From Parcubacteria group bacterium (lineage in GTDB: Bacteria; Patescibacteriota; Patescibacteriia; UBA2169), in NCBI GenBank assembly GCA_016181765.1, contig JACOYR010000001.1, positions 157,062 to 221,061 on the forward strand: DNA of 64,000 bases. Reading direction: 5' to 3'. The notes under the pieces are model-generated. The model worked only from the letters and a program-made list of their open reading frames with translations, had not been told where the DNA came from and did not search any database. This document shows, piece by piece, positions 18,419 through 28,660 of this stretch. How positions within the stretch are numbered: position 1 is the first letter of the stretch; each line of letters opens with the position of its first letter. Made by a program: the position numbers and the translations under genes.

Positions 18419-19861
18419 CTAAAACTGGAAATAGATAAACGGATGGTAATCGTAATTACCCAAAAGGAGTAAACACAGAATAATGGCGTAGTAAATTCCC
18501 CACCGAACCAACACGGGCGCCTTTTCAATGCGCAGCACATGCTCTTTGGTGCGCTGTTTCCATTCCACCAGCACAAACAACACCGCCATGATTGTTTTTT
18601 TAACAAACATGGGAGCGAAAAATATGGCAACCATCTCAGGAGATGCGTCGGCGGCTATGGTGCCAAAAATATGCAGCGCTTCTGAAAGAGACTGCGCCCT
18701 AAAAAAAACAAACCCAACCAGCACCATGCAAAAGGTAAGTGAAATTTGCAAAAATCCGCCCATCCGATCCCAGTACTTTTTAATTGCATGGTATACAATA
18801 ATAAATACAGCCTGTGAAAATCCGAACACAATAAACGTCCAGGCAGCTCCGTGCCATAACCCCAACAGAGAAAGCCCAATAATAGTGGCAAGATAAAAAG
18901 AAACGCTATGGCGAACTGCCGGAGCAAAACGGGCAATGTCCTTAATGCGCGAAATGCGCATATATAGTGGAACAAAAATAAAATCCTGAAACCACGAGGT
19001 GAGTGTAATGTGCCATCGGCTCCAGAATTCTGAAATGTTTTTTGAAAAATACGGATACCGGAAGTTTCTGCTTAAATCAATCCCGAACAAGCGAGCCGTG
19101 CCAACTGCTATGTCCGAATACCCGGAAAAGTCGCAGTATATCTGGACCGCAAAAAAAACAGTAGCCGCAAAAAGCTGGGGCCCGGCAATAGTCTCCGGGT
19201 TCCTGTATGCGAGCTCAACCACTGCGGCTATGTTATCAGCAATCACCGCTTTCTTAAAAAGCCCCCATAGTATTTGGCGCACGCCATCATAGGCTTTTGC
19301 CAATTCAAAAACACGCTTTTCCTTAAACTGCCCCAACAAATGGGAGGCGCGCTCAATGGGGCCCGCAACCAGCTGGGGAAAAAACGAAACAAACACGAAA
19401 AACTGCACCCAGTCACGGGTTGGGCGTATTTTCCCTTGGTACAGCTCAATGCTGTAGCTTAGTGTTTGGAACGTATAGAAACTGATTCCTACCGGCAGTA
19501 TAATATGCAGTGTGGAAAGCGACGCATCCGTGAATCCGGCGACTGCGAGCAGGCTTTGCAGTGATTCCACGAAAAAATTAAAGTACTTAAAAAATCCCAA
19601 GAGCGAAAGGTGCACCAAAATACTTACCAGAAACCAGTGCTTTTTTGCGCGGCGCGTTTGTGCGCTATAAAGCTTTTGGCCCACAATAAAATCCGTTGCG
19701 CTTGAAATGAGGATGAGCGACAAGAACCGCCAATCCCACCATGCGTAAAACACGTAACTCGAAAAGAGCAGAAATAGATTCTGCTCTTTTCTGTGCATCC
19801 TCCAGTACGCCAAAAATACAATCACGAGAAAAAGAAAAAAAAGTGGTGAGTTAAAGCTCAT
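18419..19861 (-). CDS. MBOAT O-acyltransferase (AlgI/PatA/DltB family)
   Basis: LPVGISFYTFQ, FFPQLVAGPI, DFSGYSD, FWSRWHI, GLWHGA, C-terminal PFIYFQF. Confidence 0.95.
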   Translation of the reverse strand: MSFNSPLFFLFLVIVFLAYWRMHRKEQNLFLLFSSYVFYAWWDWRFLSLILISSATDFIVGQKLYSAQTRRAKKHWFLVSILVHLSLLGFFKYFNFFVESLQSLLAVAGFTDASLSTLHIILPVGISFYTFQTLSYSIELYQGKIRPTRDWVQFFVFVSFFPQLVAGPIERASHLLGQFKEKRVFELAKAYDGVRQILWGLFKKAVIADNIAAVVELAYRNPETIAGPQLFAATVFFAVQIYCDFSGYSDIAVGTARLFGIDLSRNFRYPYFSKNISEFWSRWHITLTSWFQDFIFVPLYMRISRIKDIARFAPAVRHSVSFYLATIIGLSLLGLWHGAAWTFIVFGFSQAVFIIVYHAIKKYWDRMGGFLQISLTFCMVLVGFVFFRAQSLSEALHIFGTIAADASPEMVAIFFAPMFVKKTIMAVLFVLVEWKQRTKEHVLRIEKAPVLVRWGIYYAIILCLLLLGNYDYHPFIYFQF

Positions 19862-19874
19862 GGGTTGTGGTTAA

Positions 19875-20981
19875 TCATGGAGCGTACCTATTGCATGCCG
19901 CAATGACTGTATCTATCGCCTCTCTGCTTAATGTCGGATAGAGGGGAATGCTGATGGCTGTTGCGTGTATTGCTTCGCTCACCGGATACTGCTGGGTGGC
20001 CCAGTCGGCAAATGCTGCTTGTTTGTGGGGAGAAACCGGATAGTGAATAATAGTCCCAATCCCTTGCGTTGACAAATACTCCTGAAACGCATCCCTCTCT
20101 TTTGTGCGTACCACGAATAGGTGCCACACATGCGATTCATCGCTCTCTGTAGAGGGCAGTATTAATCTTTGGTTTGCAATACGTTCCGCGTATTGCCTGG
20201 CGATGGCGCGCCTTTTTTGGTTATCTGCATCCAAGTATTTAAGTTTAATGGACAATATAGCGGCGTGTAGTTCGTCCAATCGGCTGTTCATCCCTTGGTA
20301 CTGGTTGTAGTATTTTTTATGGCTCCCGTAGTTTCTTAAGGCGCGAAGTGTTTCGGCGAGTGCATCATCATTCGTAGTAATCGCGCCCGCATCGCCTAAG
20401 GCCCCTAAATTCTTTCCGGGATAAAAACTGAATCCCGCGGCATCTCCCAAGGAACCGGCTTTCTTGCCTTGATATGCAGCTCCGTGTGCCTGTGCCGCAT
20501 CTTCTATAATTTTCAAACCGTGCTTATCCGCAATCTCCTGTATCTGTGCCGAATAACCAACCAGGCCATATAAATGAACCACAAGTATGGCTTTTGTTTT
20601 TTTGGTTATATACTGTTCAATGAGACTAGCGTCAAGATTATACGTATTAATATCCGGCTCAACCAAAACCGGCTTGAGCCGATTTTCCGTAATTGCAAGA
20701 ATGGTTGCGATGTACGTGTTCGCAGGCACGATGATTTCGTCGCCTTCCTTAAATATACCAAGCTCTTTGTACGCGCGGATGATCAAAACAAGAGCTTCCA
20801 ACCCGTTGCCCACGCCAACGCAGTATGTGGTCCCGCAATACTCGGCAAATTCTTTTTCGAATGCGGAAACCCGCTCGCCGAGGATATAATGGCCTGAATC
20901 AATGACTGAAGTGACGGAACCAATTATCTCATCCCGATGCCTGGCATTAATTTCTTTTAGGTTTAAAAATGGAATCTTCAT
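19875..20981 (-). CDS. DegT/DnrJ/EryC1/StrS sugar aminotransferase (FdtB-like)
   Basis: [30 protein letters not shown]. Confidence 0.95.
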   Translation of the reverse strand: MKIPFLNLKEINARHRDEIIGSVTSVIDSGHYILGERVSAFEKEFAEYCGTTYCVGVGNGLEALVLIIRAYKELGIFKEGDEIIVPANTYIATILAITENRLKPVLVEPDINTYNLDASLIEQYITKKTKAILVVHLYGLVGYSAQIQEIADKHGLKIIEDAAQAHGAAYQGKKAGSLGDAAGFSFYPGKNLGALGDAGAITTNDDALAETLRALRNYGSHKKYYNQYQGMNSRLDELHAAILSIKLKYLDADNQKRRAIARQYAERIANQRLILPSTESDESHVWHLFVVRTKERDAFQEYLSTQGIGTIIHYPVSPHKQAAFADWATQQYPVSEAIHATAISIPLYPTLSREAIDTVIAACNRYAP

Positions 20982-20984
20982 ACT

Positions 20985-21980
20985 CTAATCCACATACTTA
21001 TCCAAATGCTCTTTGTAGTATGCAATCGTTTTTCCAAGCCCCTCGCGCAAGGGCGTCTTTGGCTGCCAGCCAAGATCATTCTTAATTTTATCAAAACTGC
21101 CATAGTAATCCCCAATGTCTATCTTTTTCTTTTCTTCGGGCCAAGGAACAAGCTCGCAACTGCCACGCCCGGAAAGCTCCACCAAAAGCTCGGCCAGCTC
21201 TTTTAAGCTGACAATGTCCGCGCTTCCAAGATTATAAATCTGTCCGTTAGCCTGTTCGTCTGAACCAACCAGCAAAAGCGCGTCGCAGACATCATCCACA
21301 AAATTCAAATCCCGCTTCTGGCTGCCATCCCCGTACAGCTGAATGATATTCCCCTCAACCGCTTGGCGGATAAACCAACCAATAAAGCCCTGGCGATTAT
21401 GCTTTACCAGCTGGCGCGGGCCATACACGTTGGTCATGCGCAAGCTGGCTGCCCGGATGCCATACACGTTGTTGTACAAAATATGGTACCACTCACCTGC
21501 ATTGATGTTGATGCCGTTCACGTCTGTGGGCTGGATTGGGTGCTTTTCGTCTGCAGGCAAATACTGCGGTTTGCCATAGATCTGGCGTGATGACGCATAA
21601 ATGATTTTAATTCCCGGGTTAAACTGCCGGCACGCTTCCAGAATAGACACCTGGCTAGTGACGTTGATTTCTAAATCAGTGAGTGGGTCTTTCATGCTAT
21701 CAATGTGCGAAACCTGGCCTGCTAAATTAAAAAGATAGTCTTTGCCCTGGATTAAATGGTTGATGCTGTAGCGGTCGCGGATATCACCAATGTTAATAAT
21801 GAGCTTATCTTGAATATCCTCCACGTTGAACATATTCCCGCCATACGACCAAATCAACGAATCAATAATGGTGACATTCGCTCCGAGCGCAACCAAACGG
21901 CGTGCCAAATTGGAACCGATAAACCCCAAGCCGCCGGTAATCAAAACGTTCTTTCTTTGGTATGCTTCCTCTATATTCAT
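20985..21980 (-). CDS. NAD-dependent nucleotide-sugar epimerase/dehydratase
   Basis: ITGGLGFIGS, NLAGQ, NVYGPRQ, RDLNFVDD; the YxxxK position is atypical (NGINI). Confidence 0.9.
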   Translation of the reverse strand: MNIEEAYQRKNVLITGGLGFIGSNLARRLVALGANVTIIDSLIWSYGGNMFNVEDIQDKLIINIGDIRDRYSINHLIQGKDYLFNLAGQVSHIDSMKDPLTDLEINVTSQVSILEACRQFNPGIKIIYASSRQIYGKPQYLPADEKHPIQPTDVNGININAGEWYHILYNNVYGIRAASLRMTNVYGPRQLVKHNRQGFIGWFIRQAVEGNIIQLYGDGSQKRDLNFVDDVCDALLLVGSDEQANGQIYNLGSADIVSLKELAELLVELSGRGSCELVPWPEEKKKIDIGDYYGSFDKIKNDLGWQPKTPLREGLGKTIAYYKEHLDKYVD

Positions 21981-22696
21981 AGCTTCTTTTTAAACAAAAT
22001 CAAATCAAACCACATAAACATCAGTTGCCATAACGTGCGGAATACGCGCCGAAAATTGAAGAACTGGGACGTGCCATACATGCGGAAGTAGTGATGCACG
22101 CCGACCTGCGCGAACTTGAATCCGGCCTGCTGAAACTTTTTAACCATTTCTATAGTGATGGTGCCCGTACTACTGGTGAGCGCGACTTTATCAAATACCT
22201 TTCGCCTAATCAGACGATAATCGCAGTCCGGATCGCGGATGGGAAGCCAGAACGCGAGGCGCATTATTTCTTGGTAAAACCAACCGACGAGAATGCGATG
22301 CAGTGGATCATGACGCTTGATTTTAAATCCGTTCACAATGTCCACATCATCAGACATCTTTTCCAGAAGCAAGGGCAGTTCTTTTACGTCATACTGCCCA
22401 TCCCCATCCGTATAGAAAATCAAATCCTTAATTGCGGCTGCAAAACCGGAACGCAGCGCCCCCCCGTAACCGCGATTTTTTTCGTGCATCACGAGCTTCA
22501 GTTTGGCAACATCATGCTGGAGATGCAACAAAAGCTCACGGCTGCCATCTGTAGATCCGTCGTCAATCACAATGATTTCATAATCATCCGTAAGGCGTTC
22601 AAGAACTTTTTTTACTTCCAACACCAAAGAAGCAATAGTCCCTTTGTCGTTGTAGCAGGGAAAGAACGCAGAAATTGAGTATGGTGTGGTGCGCAT
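21977..22696 (-). CDS. GT2 glycosyltransferase (polyprenol-phosphate glycosyltransferase-like)
   Basis: FFPCYND, IDDGSTDGS, NRGYGGA, TDGDGQY; start moved to 22696. Confidence 0.9.
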   Translation of the reverse strand: MRTTPYSISAFFPCYNDKGTIASLVLEVKKVLERLTDDYEIIVIDDGSTDGSRELLLHLQHDVAKLKLVMHEKNRGYGGALRSGFAAAIKDLIFYTDGDGQYDVKELPLLLEKMSDDVDIVNGFKIKRHDPLHRILVGWFYQEIMRLAFWLPIRDPDCDYRLIRRKVFDKVALTSSTGTITIEMVKKFQQAGFKFAQVGVHHYFRMYGTSQFFNFRRVFRTLWQLMFMWFDLILFKKKL

Positions 22697-22707
22697 AAGT
22701 GGAGTAG

Positions 22708-23322
22708 TTATTTTTCTAAAAAGGCATAATATCCGCTCGTCTGTTTGCTTTGTGATTTTCCAAAAGTCCTGTCGAGCAACCTGCATATTGCCCGCAATAT
22801 GCCAATCCTCCCCAGCGGGCTGATGTGCAGCCATGTTTCGAGGGCACCGCGAACATTCTGGAATTCAACCCGTGAAAAATCACGACTTAAATGGCGGATT
22901 GCGTCCTCGGAGAACCGCCAATAGTCCTTATAGTAGCCTACTTCAGCATGGTAGTAAAACAAAAAAGGAACATAAATAAAGCAGTATCCGCCCGGCTTGA
23001 GCACCCGGAACATTTCTTGGAACGCCTGAGTAGGATTTTCCACATGCTCCAAAACTGCCAGGCATAGTATTGCTTCTTGGCTTGCATCTCCAAACGGCAG
23101 ATGATGGATGTCGCCGACAATGTCCGGATTAAAATCAGGAACCGGATCCAGTATTTTGTAATCAACCTCTTTAAAATATGGAGCAATCCACGCGCGCTTG
23201 GGATCGTATCGGTTGCCGCGCCCCTTAAGCACGCGCAAACCGCCGCCGATATCAATAACTGTTCTGCGCTCACTAAAAATCTTAGTAATTTTTTCTTTAA
23301 AAAACAAATCCCAGGGCGTCAT
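22708..23322 (-). CDS. Class I SAM-dependent methyltransferase
   Basis: IDIGGG, GDIHHLPF, VLEHVENP, RVLKPGG, DYWRFS. Confidence 0.9.
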   Translation of the reverse strand: MTPWDLFFKEKITKIFSERRTVIDIGGGLRVLKGRGNRYDPKRAWIAPYFKEVDYKILDPVPDFNPDIVGDIHHLPFGDASQEAILCLAVLEHVENPTQAFQEMFRVLKPGGYCFIYVPFLFYYHAEVGYYKDYWRFSEDAIRHLSRDFSRVEFQNVRGALETWLHISPLGRIGILRAICRLLDRTFGKSQSKQTSGYYAFLEK

Positions 23323-24113
23323 ATTTTTTTCGTTATATATAATCTCCAAAGCCGCCAAACTATCCTGAGATGGTATGCAGCATTATGGTACTCATACCAA
23401 AATGGCAGGCGGCTTCTAGGTCTCCGCACGAGTCCTATGGCATATTTTACCCAGTACTTAAAAAACTTTTTAATATTTGCGCTTGTTTTTAAAAACAAGA
23501 TTTTCGGAGTGATAACTATGTCCTGCAGCTGCATGTCAATATATCCCGACCACTTTTCTTGAAGCACACTAATATCCTCAAGCGGCACATATTCAGGATT
23601 CAAAAGCGTACCGACTTGATACCCGATCTTAATTGTAATGCGCTCATGAATCCGTTTTATAAACCCCTCAACGGCAGGTAGATAGAAAAAACGCACTTGA
23701 TAACTAGGCCGCAACCGGTCTATTATTTTCTTCCCAACAACCGGCACACGGGGAAGATTGTACGCAAAGTAAATATTATCCTTGCCTCGCGCAATAATGC
23801 CTCGAATCTCCTCTACTGCGGCTTGGGACAAGTATTCATCGCTGTCAATATATAAAAACCAGTCATGTTTAGCCAATGCAATGCCCTTGTTCCGAACGTC
23901 GGCAAAGTGTTCAATACGGATATTTTGCTTGTTCGTCTCTCGTTGCGGAACAATCCGAGCATGGTACTGTTTTGCAATTTTGCGAGTTTGATCCGTGCTG
24001 TTGCCATCTAAAACAATAATATCATCAAAATCCTTAACACTTTCCAGACATCGGCCTAATGTTTGTTCTGAATTGTAGGTCAGCACTTCCACGGTACACC
24101 GAACTTTTTCCAT
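23319..24113 (-). CDS. GT2 glycosyltransferase (WaaE-like)
   Basis: TYNSEQTLGRCLES, LDGNSTDQT, RN, IDSDE, IHE; start at 24113. Confidence 0.9.
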   Translation of the reverse strand: MEKVRCTVEVLTYNSEQTLGRCLESVKDFDDIIVLDGNSTDQTRKIAKQYHARIVPQRETNKQNIRIEHFADVRNKGIALAKHDWFLYIDSDEYLSQAAVEEIRGIIARGKDNIYFAYNLPRVPVVGKKIIDRLRPSYQVRFFYLPAVEGFIKRIHERITIKIGYQVGTLLNPEYVPLEDISVLQEKWSGYIDMQLQDIVITPKILFLKTSANIKKFFKYWVKYAIGLVRRPRSRLPFWYEYHNAAYHLRIVWRLWRLYITKKI

Positions 24114-24115
24114 AG

Positions 24116-24874
24116 CTATTGCTTTCGGCCGATAATAATATTCGTATCTCTGGTGCCAGGAATCATGTACGCAAGCATCCGAAATAAACTTACATACCAC
24201 GACCGCACAGAAGCTAGGGAAAGTTGAATCCGCATGCTCTGGACATTGCATGTTTGTATACTACTTACCCCAAGCCAATCAAACATGTGTGCTAATTCGC
24301 TTAGTGTATACTCGCGCCAGTGACCTTCATAGTTCTCTCCGCGGTTAAAAAAGTTTGGCAAATGGCCGGAAACGGGCGAGCGACCGAATAGCAACCGAAT
24401 GCGGTTCAATAAATGGCTGATGTTCGGTGTTGCAATATAGAGCAGGCCGGCCGGCTCCAAAACATCAAGCATACACCCCAAAAACCGTTTGGGATCCTTT
24501 TGGTGCTCAATGGTTGCAATGCTGATGACTGCCCCGTATGTCCCGCCCACATCATCCCGCAGAATGTCTTTAGGTACAATGGACAATCCATGCTCTTCCC
24601 AAACAGCCTTTAGACCTTCAATATCACGGATGCCGAATGTGTTGTTCGGCTCAAACATGTACTTATCAACGCCCATGACATTGTAGCCGAGTAGTATGAG
24701 CGCCACGTCCAAAATCCCGATGCCGCAGCCGACATCTAAAATCGCGCTCTCTTTAGGGATGTGTTTGGTGATATGGAGCAGGTGGACGAGGTTGTTATTA
24801 AACTCCCATCGCTGCTTGTCGCTGTACGGGGACAGCACGCCATATGCTTTAGTGAGTGCTTCTGTATGTGTCAT
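24116..24874 (-). CDS. Class I SAM-dependent methyltransferase
   Basis: ILDVGCGIG, TIEH, ATPN, HWREYT. Confidence 0.9.
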   Translation of the reverse strand: MTHTEALTKAYGVLSPYSDKQRWEFNNNLVHLLHITKHIPKESAILDVGCGIGILDVALILLGYNVMGVDKYMFEPNNTFGIRDIEGLKAVWEEHGLSIVPKDILRDDVGGTYGAVISIATIEHQKDPKRFLGCMLDVLEPAGLLYIATPNISHLLNRIRLLFGRSPVSGHLPNFFNRGENYEGHWREYTLSELAHMFDWLGVSSIQTCNVQSMRIQLSLASVRSWYVSLFRMLAYMIPGTRDTNIIIGRKQ

Positions 24875-26055
24875 AGCGCATGTAACCCTTCCATGACAAT
24901 GCTATCAAGTCGCTCTTGTGAAAACAGGTCTTGGCTTAACGCTAACGCATTTTTTGACAATTGACGGCGCAGGTTAATGTCTTGAAGCTTTAAAATTTGC
25001 TTTACAAATTCATCTTTTGTATCAGCAAACAAAGCGTGCTTTTTGTCTTGATACAGATATCCGGCAATGCCACGCGACGACACGACTGACGGGATTCCAT
25101 ACACAAGCGGCTCAAAAATCTTCTGCTGCATGCCTGCACCCATAATGGAAGGAATCACTGCCGCATCAGCTTCATTCATAAGAAACGCGTCCAGATCATC
25201 AACAAACCCTTCTTCTTTTATATTGTTGACGCACAATACGGATAAATCTTTTGGCAGTTTCTTGCCCAGAATATGGAAAAAGAATTTTCCGGGAGCGCGC
25301 TTTTCCACCTCCGGCGCCACTTCTTTGATAATGAACTCAGCCGCTTTTCGGTTATGGTGCACATTGTACGAAGCGCCCATGAAAAACAAATGCAGTACGT
25401 CGCTCTCGCGGATATCCCGCGACTGTTTCGCCAGACGCGGCAAGCTACGCAAGGGCAGAGTGGCGACCCGTTTTGCGCCCAATTTCTTGTATTGACGTTC
25501 CTCGTTGGGGGTTATGGCGAACAGGTAATCGCTCGCGCGTATAGTGTGTAATTCTGAATACCACTTGGGTAAAAATTTTATGAGATTCGTGATACTCACC
25601 CCATCTTCCTGTAAAAAGTGACTCGGCTCAACATTGATTGACCGCGTAACAATAGGGATGTTCCGCTCTCTGAAAATATGATACAGCGGGTAGAGGTACG
25701 TATACTCAAACCACGCGACATCCGGCTTGAACTCGCTGATTGCGGTTCTGACTGCCTGCTGAATGCCGGGAAGCTTGTACTCGTACGCCGCGCCGTCCCA
25801 ATTGATTGGATTCAAAAACTGCGTGAGTTTTTGAAAAAAGCTCTTTTGTTCATAAGGAATCAAATCAATGACCATGCCACGCTCGCGGCCCCATGACATG
25901 ATGGCATCCCTATCCTGCCAATCAAAATATTTTGAGACGATGCGCACATCAAAACCCAAACGTTTTAACTGCAAAAATCCGGACAACCTATCCTGCTCGC
26001 ACGCACCTGTAGTTGGTAGGGGGAATTTGGGGCTGATAATGAGTATTTTTTTCAT
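24871..26055 (-). CDS. Glycosyltransferase family 4
   Basis: MKKILIISPKFPLP, GFVDDL, GAGMQQKIFE; start at 26055. Confidence 0.85.
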   Translation of the reverse strand: MKKILIISPKFPLPTTGACEQDRLSGFLQLKRLGFDVRIVSKYFDWQDRDAIMSWGRERGMVIDLIPYEQKSFFQKLTQFLNPINWDGAAYEYKLPGIQQAVRTAISEFKPDVAWFEYTYLYPLYHIFRERNIPIVTRSINVEPSHFLQEDGVSITNLIKFLPKWYSELHTIRASDYLFAITPNEERQYKKLGAKRVATLPLRSLPRLAKQSRDIRESDVLHLFFMGASYNVHHNRKAAEFIIKEVAPEVEKRAPGKFFFHILGKKLPKDLSVLCVNNIKEEGFVDDLDAFLMNEADAAVIPSIMGAGMQQKIFEPLVYGIPSVVSSRGIAGYLYQDKKHALFADTKDEFVKQILKLQDINLRRQLSKNALALSQDLFSQERLDSIVMEGLHAL

Positions 26056-27917
26056 GAATACTTTTCCATAAATGTACGATACCACATCTGAAATGTCATC
26101 ACAGACCAAAGCGTGTTCAAGGCATATTGTTTTTTGCCGATGTGGGCATCAAGCATCTTCTGTAAGGCCTTAAAATCAAACAGGTCTTTGGTGCCGGTGC
26201 AGTAGGATTCGGAGAGTACCTCGCGGAACAGCGGCTCCATGGACCCGCGCAACCATTTGGCGGCCGGGGAAAACCAGCCCCATTTTGGCTGATTCCGCAC
26301 AAAATCCGGCAAATATTCAGCCATTGCCTCGCGTAATATTACCTTGCCTTGGTAGTGTTTCCCGACATTCGCAAATCCAAATCCCTTGCTTCCAAGCTTC
26401 CACGCAACCGGAATGCGGTCCGCGAGTTCCACGAGCTGGTGATCCAAAAACGGCACGCGCTGTTCCAAACCATGCGCCATGGACATTTTATCACTGCGCA
26501 ATAATGACTCATCAGGCAGCCAACTCTGGATATCGGTCCGCATAAACTGGCGCGTGAAATCTTTAACATCAACTGTTTTAAAAAAACGCTCGCGCATATA
26601 CACAGGCAGTACTGATGGGTCATTATGGCTTTTTAGGAACGACGAAATAGTATCTTCTTTTTGCGCGAAAAAGCTCAAATACCGATCAACACCGGGCTTT
26701 GCGTCCAGTTTGTCCCGCAATGATGACTTTCTAAGTATGGAGGCCGTGAGTTTTGCTCCGGGCAGCCGGCGAATGGTTCCCACAATTGCGTTGTAGTAGT
26801 ACCGCTCATACCCACCAAAAAGTTCGTCTCCCCCGTCGCCTCCGAGGACTACTTTGACGTGCTCTGTCGTATGCCGCGCCAGAAGCAAATTGACCGCTTG
26901 AATGTGGTTGGAGATGGGCTCATCCATGTGGTAGACCGCCTTCTCCAGAGTATCCAAAACATCATCTGCGGATACCACATACTCATGGTGCTTTGTCTTA
27001 AAGTGCTCTGCGGTGCGGCGCGCAACCAAAAAATCATTGTTGTACTTATCCGCTTCTTCGGTTTCCTCAAACCCGATTGAAAACGTGTTCACCTTATCCG
27101 ACATGTTGGACATAATGCCCGCAATAATGGTTGAGTCAATGCCTCCGCTCAAAAATACCCCAACCGGACGGTCGGACATAAGCCGTTTCTTGACTGAATC
27201 ATGCATCAGTTCGCTGACCTCGCGCTTTGCCTGTTCCTTATCGGTAAGTAGTAATTCGTTTTTGATTTCCCAATAGCACGCCTTTTTGACATCTCCTGCC
27301 TTGCTAACCAGTGCGTAGTGACCTGGCTCAAGCTTAAAAACATTCTGCCACATGGTTTGCGGTGACGGAACATAGAGCAGCCGGAAATAAATATTGAGTG
27401 CATCATAATTAAGCGGCGCATCCACATCATGTTCAAGAATCGCTTTGGCTTCCGAAGAAAAAATAAATTGACCGCCTTTATGGTAATAATACAATGGCTT
27501 GATACCGATGCGGTCGCGGGCGATGAACAATTCCTCGCTCTCCGTGTTCAAAATGGCCAATGCAAACATGCCGTTGAATTTTTGCAGGCATTCCGGCCCC
27601 CACTCCTGGTACGCGTACAATATGACTTCGGTATCTGTTTTTGATACAAATGAATACCCTTTTGTTTGGAGCTCTTTTTTGATGTCTAAAAAATTATATA
27701 TCTCGCCGTTAAAAGTAATAACAAACTTTTTGCCCGCACTCACCATGGGCTGGTGGCCTTTTTCGCTTAAATCAATAATAGATAAGCGGTTGTGGCCCAA
27801 TGACCATTGGTCCGACAAAAACACGCCGCTAGCATCCGGACCGCGGTGTTTTGTGATGCTGTTCATTTTTTGAATCAACGCATCGTCTTTGAAATTAAAT
27901 CCGTTTATGCCGCACAT
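26052..27917 (-). CDS. asnB: Asparagine synthase-like glutamine amidotransferase (probably amidates the glycan)
   Basis: MCGI, HRGPD, RLSIID, FNGEIYN, RDRIGIKPLY, LSGGIDS, GDGGDELFGGY, RVPFLD. Confidence 0.95.
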   Translation of the reverse strand: MCGINGFNFKDDALIQKMNSITKHRGPDASGVFLSDQWSLGHNRLSIIDLSEKGHQPMVSAGKKFVITFNGEIYNFLDIKKELQTKGYSFVSKTDTEVILYAYQEWGPECLQKFNGMFALAILNTESEELFIARDRIGIKPLYYYHKGGQFIFSSEAKAILEHDVDAPLNYDALNIYFRLLYVPSPQTMWQNVFKLEPGHYALVSKAGDVKKACYWEIKNELLLTDKEQAKREVSELMHDSVKKRLMSDRPVGVFLSGGIDSTIIAGIMSNMSDKVNTFSIGFEETEEADKYNNDFLVARRTAEHFKTKHHEYVVSADDVLDTLEKAVYHMDEPISNHIQAVNLLLARHTTEHVKVVLGGDGGDELFGGYERYYYNAIVGTIRRLPGAKLTASILRKSSLRDKLDAKPGVDRYLSFFAQKEDTISSFLKSHNDPSVLPVYMRERFFKTVDVKDFTRQFMRTDIQSWLPDESLLRSDKMSMAHGLEQRVPFLDHQLVELADRIPVAWKLGSKGFGFANVGKHYQGKVILREAMAEYLPDFVRNQPKWGWFSPAAKWLRGSMEPLFREVLSESYCTGTKDLFDFKALQKMLDAHIGKKQYALNTLWSVMTFQMWYRTFMEKYS

Positions 27918-27919
27918 AC

Positions 27920-28660
27920 TTATTTTTTACGCGCGATGCAGAGCACCGAAAGCCCAAAAGGAAAATTAACATATAGTATGAGTTTCGCCTCAAAAAAAAG
28001 GACCCATTTAAACAAAAAATTCAAGACTGGGTTCGCGCGGAACGTGCTCCCCGCAATATCTTTTTGCGGATACCAGTGTTCGGAAAACCGCTTCGCGACT
28101 GCCAAAGGAAACAAGAAACAGTTTACGTGGGATGCTTTTTCTATCAAGAATCCGGCCTCCGAAAGCTTTTGCATGAGTTCTCTTTTCGCATATCGCTTCT
28201 TGGTCCACACCACGTCATCCTGGTGCCCGCGCAACCAGTCGTAAGCAGGCTCCCGCACAATCAGGATGCCGCCGGGCCGCAACACCCGCCAGAACTCCCG
28301 AAGCGCCTGCGCATCATTCCCTGCCTTGGCGTGGTACAGCACGTCAAGGCAGGTCACCGCAGCAAACATAGCATCCGGATACGGCAATTCGGTAATTGAG
28401 CCAAGCGCAATGCGCTCGGCAATGTGCTTTTCTTCAGCAAACGCAATGGCGGCCGGAGATTGATCGATGCCATATATGCGTCCATACTGCGCAAGCAGAT
28501 TGAACACGCCCCCGGTGCCACACCCCGCATCCAAAATAACATTCTCCTGCCCACGCGGAACATATCGGGAAAGTTCCGCATCAATAATGCGCTGCATTCC
28601 TACGTGCCACCAAAATGCTCCTTCGCGCTCGTTCATGAGTTGGTATGCTTCACGCTCCAT
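27920..28660 (-). CDS. Class I SAM-dependent methyltransferase
   Basis: FWWHVG, LDAGCGTG, LDVLYH, LRPGG; start at 28660. Confidence 0.9.
   Translation of the reverse strand: MEREAYQLMNEREGAFWWHVGMQRIIDAELSRYVPRGQENVILDAGCGTGGVFNLLAQYGRIYGIDQSPAAIAFAEEKHIAERIALGSITELPYPDAMFAAVTCLDVLYHAKAGNDAQALREFWRVLRPGGILIVREPAYDWLRGHQDDVVWTKKRYAKRELMQKLSEAGFLIEKASHVNCFLFPLAVAKRFSEHWYPQKDIAGSTFRANPVLNFLFKWVLFFEAKLILYVNFPFGLSVLCIARKK

Noticed and set aside
6546-20981. Aminoglycoside antibiotic cluster (DOIS, dehydrogenase, APH, aminotransferase, GT)
   Set aside because: The parts are reminiscent, but the CDP-alcohol phosphotransferase, nucleotidyltransferases and surface-glycan context favour envelope modification. 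The aminotransferase is FdtB-like and lies outside the operon. Not strictly excluded.
26052-27917. Lasso peptide cyclase
   Set aside because: It has an intact N-terminal Cys glutaminase domain, and there is no B protein or precursor.
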